This document shows, piece by piece, positions 1 to 11,635 of a DNA stretch of 64,000 nucleotides. Position numbers and translations under genes: made by a program. Below the pieces are notes generated by a model, which was given only the letters and a program-made list of their open reading frames with translations, had not been told where the DNA came from and ran no database searches. The stretch spans positions 1,116,001 through 1,180,000 of the forward strand of contig OZ237738.1 in the NCBI GenBank assembly GCA_965178125.1, in the 5' to 3' direction. The DNA is from Bilabrum cf. latius. Taxonomy: Eukaryota. Within the stretch, counting starts at the first letter, position 1. Each line of letters starts with the position of its first letter.

Positions 1-135
1 CTGCGTGTATGCCCTTCCATGGCCACTCGCTGCTTGTTGGGTCCATTCAGCAATCCAGAATCCAGAATCCACACGGACAGCGGCGGGTCGCATGAGGCCT
101 CTCCGCAGGCTAGCTGCATGGGCCATTCCGCAGGC

Positions 136-2217
136 TCACGAGCTCGGCAGCGGCCCCCATTTCTAGTTGAACTGAGCCAGGCGGCTCTCCACCTGCTGCC
201 TGTAGCCTGGGCCGTTTGGCGAGAACACGATCATTCTAGCCACTCCGCTGCCTTGGGCCGGGAAGCTGACCTAGTCCAGCTGCAGCAAGTCTGCCCCGTG
301 CACCCCCTTGCCCGGAAGCAAGGCCCACTCACTCTGATCCAGGGGGCGCACGGTCGCATTCACGAGCTCGAAAGCGTCCCAGGCATCTCCACCCCGAGCA
401 CTTGCTCCGCCCTGTGCGAGCATGGCCGGGGGAACAGACACGTTGACGGCCGGCAGTAGGTGCGCCTGCATGTCCCAATGGTAGTCCTGCTGCAGAGCGC
501 ACAAAAGGTCCGAGTAGTTCCCGTTCTGCTTCAGATTGATCAGGGTCACCAGCAGCGCCTCGTCGTTCCACAGTGCGCTCGCGATCGAATCGGGGTCCCC
601 CCCGGTTGACACCTGGGCAAGGGGCCACGCCGCTCCCTGCGTTCCCAGGCGGGCCGAATGCAGCGTGCCAGAGGTGCGCACCAGCTCTCGTACGGAGGCG
701 AGCTGTCGGTTGAAGCGGCCCATGGCCAGCCAGGACGCGGGCCAGAACTGCATCTCGGAGATTTGTGACTGAAAGAGCATCATCCCCTTCCCTCCCGCCG
801 CGATCACGCTCATGAGCTGAACGGATAGTTCCGCTGGGTCTGGCTGCCGGTGGAATCGGATCGGTCCTATCTTCCCATCCCAACCGTCGTCGAACGCCTG
901 GGAGTAGAGCCAGGCGGGCCAGGGTGCCTGGTTCGCGGTAGTGGTACGAAGGTAATCGAAGCTGCCACGGAGCCAGAAGGGGCTCGCCCATTCGGTCACG
1001 TGGGGAGCACACGCGGCCACGTAAAAGTCCATCCCTTTGTAGTCCACCGTGTGGCCCCACAACCCCTGGTGCCGGTTGCGAGAGCCCCCCACGTAGGTGC
1101 CAAACCCAGGGTACGCCTTCCAGCTGGTCTGCGAGTGGGCGGCGTCTGGCCGTACATTGTGCGAGTGGTCGTCGGACTCGTCGCCCTGGAAGATGCCAGC
1201 GATCCTGCTGGTGTTCTTCAGCGCTGAAATATCGATCGATCCATCTGCCAGGGCCCAGAAATCGTACTGCGGCGCAAGGGTGCCGGCGATGATCGACCCG
1301 TTCGGGCCCCCGCACTTTGACGCGGATCCCTACGACACGAGGAAGGTATCGATGCCGTATTTCCGGTGAAGTTTGTAGTTCGTGTCGTTGACGGTGGGAA
1401 AGGGGCACTCGCTGGACTTCTGCCAAGCCTCGATGGGAAAAAACTCGAGCAGTGCTCGCCCGCCCGCCACAGCCTCGCCGGATGTCGTGTTCGCGAGCAC
1501 CGTCCACAGGTCCCCACGCTAAAGTGGGCTTGATAGTTTTATAATCCAGAGAGTTTGCTGCCCTGGCGCAAGCGTTCGGCTTGCAGCCGGGACCTGCGAC
1601 AGCACGTCCACCCCGTTCACGTGCAAGCTCTGCAGCTGCGAGTAGCTGGTGACCGTCGAATTCGGCGCCGTGCCGAGGCTGGCGTAGATCAATATCTCCC
1701 CACCCTCATTTCGGGTTGTCACATAGTCGATCGAAACAGCTGCATGGGGATCTTGCGGGGCAAGAATCCTGATTTGCGAGCTTGCCAATGTTGTGCCAGA
1801 TGTTGTTTGCAGCTCAATGGATGTCAATGAGCCAAGTTTTGCCACGGTATCCCACACACTTCTACTAGAGTGTAGCGTGACAAGCACTTGATCTCCAGCC
1901 TGCAGCGCCCCCAGCGGCAAAATGTGGAAAAAATCCACCTCCCAAAGCGATGGATCGCTGCTCGAATTAGTCGTGTTAACTGCTGTTCCATTGATAAGAA
2001 GGACCTCTGCCACACCTGCCCCGGTGGCGGAAAGAACCGCTGTGATTCTACCTCCCGTGCTGGGATCCTTGAGGTTTGCTTCCGCGTACTGGTCGTACGG
2101 CAGGTATTGGTCTTTCCGGTACGAGGCAGGCGTGTGCGCTGCCTAGCTGCAACCTGCCGCACATAGAGTCATCGAAACTAGCACTGAGAGCACAGTGCAG
2201 CTATACTTAGTCTGCAT
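136..2217 (-). CDS. Secreted protein of about 693 aa, possibly glycoside-hydrolase-like (TAG=Gln)
   Basis: ATG 2217 to TGA 136-138 in one frame, joining ORFs 1519..2013 and 271..1092 through 5 TAGs (2143, 1519, 1330, 271, 163). Hydrophobic signal peptide MQTKYSCTVLSVLVSMTLCAAGCS*A, many N-x-S/T sequons, aromatic-rich domain with GDESD, DFY and AAGGKGMMLF. Function is inferred only. Confidence 0.75.
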
Positions 2218-2579
2218 CTGACACTGTTCGATGGCACGGCGCACTCAGCCAACTGGAGTTCCACAACAAAAAAAAAAGTTGCTGTTCGAGAGCACGAGAG
2301 AGAGAATAAATATACCTACGTCAAAGCACACGCACCCGAACAGCGACGAGCGCCCTGTAAGGGGAGCTCGCGCTGGATAGACTGGCTCACGCCGCAGTGC
2401 ATTCAAGCTGAGCATGGCCATCCAGAGGGCCTTGCCCCCCTGGATCTACATCCTGGCGGCTTGCCCCAGGCATCGATTCGTGGTGAGCTGTTTAGGTCGG
2501 ACCATGCAGCTCCAGCTCAACAAGGGAAGTTTACTTGTCTGTGTAGCTTATCATCATCCTGATTCTTATGAAACCCAGC

Positions 2580-3854
2580 TCAGCAAACCGGCCCGAACTC
2601 GCCCTGGAAGAGGCTAGAGTGCGCCGCGTGTCCCCTCTCCATCCTGAGGGAGAGCTCCGTCGTGTCCATCCACGTCACGGCGTCCTCCAGCGGTGCCACT
2701 GCCTCCTTGGCTGACTGGTCAATATCAAACCCAAGTTCCTGGAGGTAGCCATTCAGGATCTCGTTTCTGTGCTTCTTATTGCTGGAGGTCACATGCGAGA
2801 TCCAGCTGTGATTCCCGGGCTGGGGAAACTTGGGATACGTCTTCGACTGCAGCTGGGGCATGTCGAGCCGAGTCCCAGCCCTGGAAAAATTGGGCCTGTA
2901 ATCTGCCATTCTATACTGGATCAAGCCTCGGAGGAACAGGGCTTGTTGTTCGAAGGCGCCGCCTCCACCTCTCTGCGTCACGTTCCACCACAGCCTAGTG
3001 TGGTCTCTCGCCCGCTCCCCCCCACGCATCACGAACAGTCCTGCGCATGGAATGCGGAACCGGCTCGGCATGTCTGCGATCACCAAGATGTCTTGATCGT
3101 CTCTCAGGGCAGCCAGAGACCTTTGCAGAGGCCAGCTGTGGTTGCGAAATACCGCGTCCGTGTCGATGTGTACGATCCAATCATAGCGGTGCGCAAAGTG
3201 CCAGACCACGGGCAGTTTGGCCCAAGACCCGGCTCGGGCGTGATTCTAGCTCCACTCGTACGTAACCGGATAGGCCTTGCAGTCCGGCTCCTCTGTGGCC
3301 CCGTCAGCCTTGAGAAGGTGCTTGCGCATTTTCGACCACAGGGCCGGAACCACATACTTGAAGTCATAGCCGTACTTCTTGGCGTACATGTGGCTTGCAA
3401 TTGCAGACTTCACGTGGTAGTTGGTGTCTGCTAGCGACACGCCCTCCTTAACCTTGCGAGGATCGCGCGTGTCGACGCTCAGTATGAGCACTTTGCCCTC
3501 GGCCCCGGGAGGGCAGACGCAGCACTCGCGGTGGTACCATTGTTTGGATTTTGTATTTAGGCTCTCACTGAACACGTAAGGATGACCAGGCTTTGTCCAG
3601 AGATCCACAAGGTCCTGCGGCGGCTCGTCCTTCATGGACTCCTCTTCCCACCGGCTTGCCCGCTCGCTGGGATATTCCTTGGGCGGTTCATCTTCTCCGC
3701 ACTGCTCACAGCAATTACTCCTTCCTGTGGGCAATGTGGAATGGTGCTTTGCAGCGCTGTAATCACTTGCCAAATCATCCGGTTGCTCTGCATCGATTTC
3801 GATTGACACGGCAATGAATACTGCTGCCCAGCATGCTATCGTTGGACGTGTCAT
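2580..3854 (-). CDS. Glycosyltransferase, GT34 (GMA12/MNN10-like) family, 424 aa
   Basis: ATG 3854 to TGA 2580. One TAG (3246-3248) joins ORFs 3246..3860 and 2580..3209. N-terminal hydrophobic segment, YAKKYGYDF, WAKL..V, YDWIVHIDTDA (DxD), AGLFVMR and FEQQAL motifs. Confidence 0.8.
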
Positions 3855-4076
3855 GGCCAATGCACTGAGGAAATAAAATCAAAATGTTTTGATTGTCCTG
3901 CTGTTGACCTGCAGATCTGCGATATGATGGGAATCTTGGTTCAAGAGCACACATCGCAAGCGGTCCGTTGGCTTGGTCGCACCTTCCCGGTTGCGACCGC
4001 CACGAAGAAGATTAAAACCGCCAGCACAAGAACGACGTGCAGGCTAGATGTTTTATAAAGCAAAATATAGATATAA

Positions 4077-7000
4077 TCACAGAGGCGCCGCGGCCTCCTC
4101 GTACAGCCTGGCAGCATCCACTGCCTCCTTACGGCCGATGCTCACGCACCCTTCTTCCTCCAGCTCACCACTCGCACCCACTCGCAGCCACCGCTGCAAC
4201 TCGGCCTGGGAACTATCCATAGCAGCGGTGCATTGGCTACTGGCTCGCGCTGTTGACGGCGTGCATTGACGGCTTGCCCGGATGCCAGTCCTAGGCCCGC
4301 TCGCACCGTCACGCGCGCTCTCTTGCTCAGTATCAGCGGTATCAGCACCAGCACCAGCACCAGCACCAGCACCAGCATCAGCACCAGCACCGGCACCGGC
4401 ACCAGCACCAGCAACAGCACCAGCACCAGTACCAGCACCAGCGACGTCTTCGCGCGTGCCAGTATCATCGGCTACACGAAGCTCACCAGGACGATCCGTC
4501 GAGGTCGCCCACGCGCCGCTGGCAGGCAGCACCCAAGCCCGCCGCAAGCTGTCTGCCTCCGACAGTGCCCCTGTGGCTGCGCGGCGCCGGTTCCGCTCAG
4601 CCCCCGCAAGTGCATGCAGCCTCATCCTAGCGAGCTCGCGCCCGGGATCCACGCCGATCGACGTGAAATACCGAGCCAGGGCATGGCCGTCCTGCTCAAG
4701 CATGCCCTCATAGCCGCCTCCCGGGGCACCGGCGCCGCTGGGCACTCGACAAGCACCACCTACCTGCCGCGAGGCCTATACCCCTGCCTGCACCTGCATC
4801 CCGTAGTGTTCCCTGAGCCGATCCAGCATACCCCGTGCGCCTGAGCTGTGCAAGATCCCCGGTCCCACACCAGCCACCACGGACGTATCTTCGGCCCCGA
4901 GGAACAAAGTGCTGCGCCCGCTGGAAAACTCAACGGACACCTCATCGTTGGTGCTCCAGCAAACCGTTTGCGTGGCACCGTAGGCGTCCGAATACAGCGG
5001 GCGGCCGTTCCGTTTCAATCTTTCTACCGACCTGCTGCCCCCACTGCCCGCAGCGCCATTCGCACCAGCACCTGCACTGCCCCCTTGGGGGCTGCGGGCA
5101 GCTTCCCTTGGGCTGGTTCTCACCTTGCTGTGTGTTCCCTGGGCCTCCGGTCGCCAGCAGACGGACGGGTCCGGCACTGATCCTAGACGGGATCCGATCC
5201 CGGGAGACCGAAGCACCACTCCCTGAAACCGCACGCCCTCGTCCAGTCCACCCAGATCTCTCTGACCGCGCACGAAGAGCGTATGGCTGCACTGCCCTGA
5301 CTCACCCGACGCACTGTCTGATCCTCCGCTGCTGCTTCTGGCCGGACTGTTCTGGCCCAGGATCTGCGCCCTTATCCTTGAGTCGGCCTCGGCCGCCCGT
5401 TGGCTGGCCCACAGCAGAGCATCATCCGCTGGCGCGTGTCCCAGCGCACGCAGAGCGGCAATGCACGCCGCCTGCGATGCCGCGTCTCTATCTTGAGCGG
5501 CCCGCAGCAGCAGTCCCTCGGCTCCCACCAAGGCCCGGACGCTCGCGAGGAAGTCGGCATTCGTTGTAGTCTCCGGTTCAGTGGAGTGCTGCCCAACAGC
5601 GGCACTCGACCTAGCGGCACAGGCAGCTTCGTCGCCGCCTGGCTGCGCCGCAGACCCAGATACGTCCAGGAGGCGAGGTGCCATTACTGCCGCGGCTGCT
5701 AGCACAAGGACACGTGCCTCGTGACTGCCGCGCGCCAGGCCCCTCAGGCGGCGCAGAAATCCCAGGAGACGGGCGCGGCCTTCCTGGAGAGTCGTCTCGC
5801 TCGATTCCGAATGGCTGCTAGGCGCATCCTAACGAGTGCCAACTCCACCACCCGTGCCACCGCCAGCTCCAGAGGCTGCCGTACCAGTCTTTGTGGCGTC
5901 TCCCTCTCCCCCCGCCCTGTCCGCCTGCCGCTTCCGCCTGTTCCTGCTGCTGGACAGCCCGTCGTCGTCCTCAAATCCCTCGATGACACCGTCCATTTCG
6001 AGGTCCCTATGTCCGCCTTGTCGCTCAATGGACGCGCCTAGTCCAGCTGTCTCCGCCCCGCTCGCAGGATCCAGCCCTCCGTCTTGACCATCGGCTCCGC
6101 TGCCAGTCCTAGCACGATGCGGCTTGATGCGGAGAATGCGCCTACCTGGGAGCATGCTGGGGCCTCCGTCACTAGCTTCCTGAGAGGCGGCACCTGGTGC
6201 TTTCAACGCTCCGTCATTCGATCCCAACGCACCCGATTGGTCAGTTGCTCGCCCGTTCGATTGCTGCGTCGGCCCGTTCACCTACTAGCTATGCTTGCCC
6301 TCACGGCTGCTGGAGGACGACGCCCGTGCTCGCCCGGGGAGTCGCAGGAGACTTCCGATCGATGCGGTCGACGGCACGCGCGGGACACCCCCGGTCACGC
6401 TGCCGGCTCCCCCTTCTGCTGTGCTCCCGCCCGCGGACCCAACCGAGCTGGACCTACCCTTTTGTCTGAGTCCACCTGCAGATACTGCCGCAACAACCGC
6501 ATCCTCGACGATAGCTGCTTCAATCGCAAATTTCTCGCCGTACGATGCATCAGAAAACAAAGACGAAGCGTCGGATTCGCCGCTTGAGCCGCTCCAAGGG
6601 TCCATCTCGTGCCTTGAACCCACCGCACCGTCTGCCTCATAACTAGCAGCTGCGCCGCCCGCTGCACCACCAGCGGCAGATGCTTCCGCCCCAGAAGCGT
6701 CGCCTATACCATCGAGATCGTCCATGACGCCGTTGCTCTCCTAGGCGCCGTCCTGCGGTAAGGACATGCGTGCGAGCGTCGCGTGCAATGAATCACTCCC
6801 ATTCCAGGCGAGTTCGGGTCGCCCCGCAGCGGCTGCGTTCGTTCTGCCTCTCCCTGCAGTATCATCCCCACTATCAAACTTCGCGCCATAGCTCTAGAAG
6901 GCATCGCATGCGCTACTAGCGGCAGCTCCAGAGAGAGTGGTGACGATGTCTGCCCTGAGAATCGGCGAGCTGGCGCCGCCGCTGCCATCGCCGTCAATTG

Positions 7001-8177
7001 CTCTCAGCAGGAGCAGCACACCCCCAGCATCGACCGTGCCAGTTGTTGCCTTGCCATTCGTCTCATGCTTGCTACTGCTGCTGCTGCCGCCCTTACCTGT
7101 CCCCGCCATCCCTTCAATCTCGGCCTCTGGATTCATACCAGATATTGCCGCGACTTCGATCCCTGTGCTCTCATCCCCAATTTTGGAAGAGATAGTCGAG
7201 GCGCTGTGTCCCTCCGCTCCGTCTCCGGCGCCTTCCGACTGTCCTGTCCCTTCACCAGCAGCAGACTCCGCTGCACCGCCATCGACATGACCGCCAGCTC
7301 CCATGCCATTCACCAAGTGGCTAGATGGAGTGCCAGTGGATGATGGCGAATCATTGGCACCGATAGGCGCCGAGCCTCGGCGTTTCGACTGCTGGCCGTC
7401 TCTTCGCGGGGAGGCGAGCACTAGCGATGTGGCAGCTGCCCAGGTGGAGCTGCTCGGTTTGCTTGACTAAGGCGATCGCCACACTTTGTCCCCATCTCGA
7501 TTCCAATGAAGCCTAGTTGACTCTGCTGCGCGCGCTAGGCCAACCCCGACGACGGAGAGGCTGCCTGAGCCAATGCTTGCACTGCCTGGCACTAGCTGGC
7601 GTCCCGGGTCCTGCTCTTCTTCATCTTCCTCGGGTCGATCCATGCCTCCTGTCATCAGTATTCTATCAAGTGTGTCAAGCAAGGCTTCGACACTGTCTGA
7701 TCTTATCTGCCGCTCCTCGTCTTCCGGCAAATCATCGTGATGCTCGCGCAGCTACAGGGCAAGCAAAGCTGCAACTGGCATGGACCCATGGCTACTTGCT
7801 GCCTCCACAACGATCGGCAAGCAACTAAGCATATATTGATGATCTCCACCTCTTGCTTCAGATTGCACGGTTGACACGACATCGCAGGCTTGGACACGGA
7901 TGCCCTACTGTCGCATGGCTGATGCTGTGTTTTGCATTCGCACAAGGGTACTCTTCTAGTACACCAGTCTAGCAATACTCTCTATCTATTCAACGGTTTG
8001 GCCAGCGTCCTACATCATTTGCAGTATTAGCAAAGCTTCAGCTGCATCGCTCGACTTGCTTTGGTTTGGATCGCTGCTTGTTGAGGAGATGTCCGCAGCC
8101 TCAGTCGCTTCAGAGGGCGCCGCAGGCCCATCATCAACAGGCTAAATGGTGAGGGGGGCGCCTGATGCTTCTACCAT
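4077..8177 (-). CDS. Large hypothetical low-complexity protein, about 1366 aa
   Basis: ATG 8177 to TGA 4077-4079 in one frame with 13 TAGs (including tandem TAG TAG at 6282-6287) and no TAA or TGA. Joins ORFs 7467..7730, 6894..7421, 6285..6725, 5829..6281, 4776..5705 and 4077..4745. No family recognised. Confidence 0.75.
4344..4442. repeat. Hexamer repeat (GCACCA)n encoding a Gly-Ala tract on the minus strand
   Basis: About 16 imperfect gcacca units; translates as AGAGTGAGAVAGAGAGAG within the 4077..8177 gene. Confidence 0.9.
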
Positions 8178-8347
8178 CTCAATTTTGTGGGCGAATCTGT
8201 GTTTCGCGTAGGCGGTTGCAACCACCACGTGCTTTCAAGAAGAAGATTTAAACTCCAGAACACGCCCCCGGGGCACGCGAAGGAGAAGCTTTGCATATCT
8301 TAGCTCTGTACAACCATCTAAATATGTGCAAGTGCGCTAGCACGAAT

Positions 8348-9631
8348 TCACGTCTCCTCCACCCCGATCCCAGCCACTTTGAGGCCCTGCCCTTGCAGCA
8401 CATCGAACAGCGAGAGTGTCACGGCAGCAGTCGGGGCTGCTCGCATCATCGCCACGCCCAGCCCACGATAGAACACCCCGATGCCCTCCTTCCTCAGGCT
8501 GGAGCTCACGCAATGGCGCACGCTCGAATACATGCCGGACTGTATCCTGGTTTTCACCACCTCGATGGGATACACGAAGGCCCAGGACGACACTCCCGTC
8601 ATGGACCCTGCCAGCACCCGGGCCCACAGCGGCAGCCGTCCAACGTCCCGCTCCGAGTCGCCGCTACTGAACCTGCCACCCCCACCCAAATGCCCAGCCA
8701 CACCCCCCACTGCGCCCTTCGCCGGTTGCAACCGCCCGTGGCTCCCCAGGTACTTGGCCAGCACCAGCTTCAGCGCGCCGTAGCAAGCGTAGTAGTATCC
8801 CCTGCCCAGCACCTCGGCCCCGAGGTGCGGACCGTACGCGCGATAGAATCCGCCTAGCCCCTGCTGCCTCCAAATACGCCCCGCAGCCCGGGCGGTGTCC
8901 TTCAGCGTCAAGCCAGATCCGGACGAGGGCGCTGAACTGCCGGCTCCCGAACCCACGCCGGCCCCGGAGCCTGCAGAAGTAGCTTGCGACCTTGCGCTGG
9001 ATGCCAAATTGCCGGCAGCTTCCCTGCTGGGCCTCCCGTTGACTGAGTGCTTCAGTCCCCGCATGCCGTCGGTCTGCATGGCTATCTTTACGCAGGTTGC
9101 TGGGCAGGACACGATCGAGCAAGCGGCACCCGCCGAGACACCCGCAAATAAAAGTCTTCCTATATCATCTAATGTGATTCCAGTTTGCGCTGCGCGCAGG
9201 ATGCCGAGTGGGGCTGCAGCATCGGTACAAGACACGTCATACTTTGCTCTGCTTGATGCAGCAGGGCTCGGTAATCCGAGCCTTTGGCGTACGTTTGGCC
9301 AAGCTCGCTTGCAAGCTTCGTTAGTAGAAAAGCCTACCATTGTGGTGATGCTAATTGTAACGAGTGGTGGGATTATTCCACGCCAAAGGCCTGCAATGCC
9401 ACCCGACTATGCCCGCGTCGCATCTCGGAAAGCCTACCACGCACCAGTGTGTCCACGCCTAGCTGAGCCAGTCGAACCTGCTACATGCGATCTACTTGCA
9501 ATCATCCTAACCCTAATCGTGTCGAGGGGATGACCGACGAGCGCTCCGGCTGTTCCAGCCAAACTTCCAGCCGCAAGACTCACAGCAATTCGAATCTGCT
9601 CTACATTCCACTGTTTTCTCGTCTCAGACAT
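8348..9631 (-). CDS. Mitochondrial carrier family (SLC25) protein, about 427 aa
   Basis: ATG 9631 to TGA 8348. Three carrier repeats: HPLDTIRVRM, CPATCVKIAMQ, YPIEVVKTRIQ, with GLWRG, GFYRA and EGIGVFYRG. Repeat 1 is complete only if TAGs at 9434 and 9407 are read through (GAW*AFRDATRA*SGGIAGLWRG). Confidence 0.9.
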
Positions 9632-9822
9632 ATCAATCAAACCCTTAACGCAATGATAACCAAAACAGTCGGTTAATAATGCGATAGTGGTTATTTTCTC
9701 CGTCAAAATAGAAAATCCGGAACAAATCAATGGTAACGTGTAAATATGCATTATTACCGACGGCGGATTCGGAAACGATAGTGTGGATCCGTCACTGCCG
9801 AATGATCAGAGCAAGGCGCACC
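9632..9822. promoter_or_regulatory. Probable bidirectional promoter (carrier / GLO1)
   Basis: About 190 bp AT-rich gap between divergent start codons. Confidence 0.5.
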
Positions 9823-11303
9823 ATGGCATCCATTGCAGGCGCAGCAGCAGGTGCAAGTCGTAGTGCAGTCAAACGCACATCGGTTGATCCGAAGGGATTT
9901 AGCTTTCAACAGGTAAGTTACACGATTGCGGCCTTGAAAGTAGCTTGCGATCTGCACTCGAAAACATCTATTCATGTTCCTGCGCGTGAATGCCCCATCA
10001 TATAAGAATTATTAACCTAGTCTCGATTATATTGGAATTTTGCACAATTGCTCCGTATGGATGGTTCAAATAGGGGATTCGTGGCGAGCAATTCAGATTT
10101 GATGCCACGTCTCCAACTCAAGAGCAGATCATGCTTCGCGTAAAGAATGAGGACGCTGTTAAATTCTGGGAAGCTCGTTGTGGTTTTACTCACATTCATA
10201 AGTATTCCTTTAAGGAGATGGCCTTCGACCTGCATTTCTTGGCCAGCCTGAGCGACGAGCAGCAGGAGGAGTTCGCCAAGGTGAAAGAGGCCGGGAACAC
10301 CGAGGAGTACCTTTGGACGTTCCCCGGCACTGTTCTCGAGCTAACCGTCAACCACGGCGATCACACGTACTGGCCTGGCAACAACAAGGCTCCCGAGGGC
10401 CTGGACGGCGATGCTCTCAAGAAGGCCGAGGAGCAGCTCGAGGCAGACAAGGCGAGCAATCGCAAGGACGGCTTCGGGCACGTGGCTATCACAGTGGATA
10501 GCGTAGAAGACTGGTGCAAGGTAGCTGAGGAGGAGTGGGGCCTCAAGTTCCAGAAGAAGCCGCACGAGGGGCGCATGAAGGGCCTCGCTTTCGCTAAGAC
10601 GCCTGGGTGAGCTCACTGTGCAGCGCAGCGCAGTGCATGCTGCTTAGCACTTCACCAGACACTCCTGCTGAAAATACGACCCAGTCCCATGCTTCCCTTT
10701 GTTTTCTGGCCGCACTCGTCACCCTGCAGGGACGGCTACTGGATCGAGGTGATTACCCGGAAGGGGCCCATCCCTGGGATCGAGGGGCAGAGGCCGCAGC
10801 TGAACCAGTGCATGCTGCGAGTGAAGGACCCCAAGAAGAGCATCGCGTTCTACGAGAGGCTTGGCATGACTCTCCTGGCCCAGAGACACTTCCCCAAGGA
10901 CAAGGGCGATTTCTCGCTGTTCTTCATGGCCTCGCTGCCGGAGGGCACTGAGCTTCCGTTCGATGCCAGCGGCGAGGAGGAGGACTGGACGGCTGCCCGA
11001 CGGTGGATGACGGAGAACAGGAACATCTGCGTGCTGGAGCTGACGCACAACCACGGCACCGAGGCGGACGAGGCCTTCGGTGGCTACAACACGGGCAACG
11101 AAGCCGACAGGAAGGGCTTCGGGCACGTTGGGTTCCTGGTGGATGACCTGGAGAAGGACTGCGCTGCCCTGGGCAAGGAGGGCGTGGCGTTCAAGAAGAA
11201 GCCCGAGGACGGGAAGATGCGCGGCATTGCCTTCGCGCTGGACCCCGATGGGTACTGGGTGGAGCTGATCCAGCGGGGCATGAAGGTCGGGGCTGCCAAG
11301 TGA
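9823..11303 (+). CDS. GLO1: Glyoxalase I (lactoylglutathione lyase), two-domain monomeric type, 3 exons
   Basis: Exons 9823-9912, 10128-10606, 10730-11303 (GT-AG introns). Duplicated motifs QQ|IMLRVKN / NQCMLRVKD, LELTVNHG / LELTHNHG, GFGHV, GKMRGIAF..DPDGYWVE. Ends TGA. In-frame upstream ATG at 9802 is a possible alternative start. No TAG codons. Confidence 0.95.
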
Positions 11304-11635
11304 TTTCTGCGGGCGCTTTTTGATCTGCGGGTGTGCGTCTGCAGGTTTGCCTGATCAAAGACATAGTGCCTAGGCTACTGGACGTGTCAAGGGGCCCTGC
11401 GAAGGAACACCCGGCTAGTGAACGTCATCGAATCAAAGCCAAACCGGAACCCCCTAACGCGAAAGCAGGGGAAATTTCACACGGTCCAGATCTTCTGGAA
11501 ACGAAAGACAAATCGGTGTCAAACAGGCACAATCAGTAGGAAAAGGCGTGAATAATCCACAGCTGCTGAATTTGTGAAGCAAGAATCTCGCTAAACCGTA
11601 TCTTCTAGCTTCTGGTGTTGCGTTCTCAAACCTCG

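Noticed and set aside
2264-2305. Poly-A run and (GA)n as a retroelement tail
   Set aside because: Short simple repeats in a promoter-side gap, with no target-site duplication or element body.
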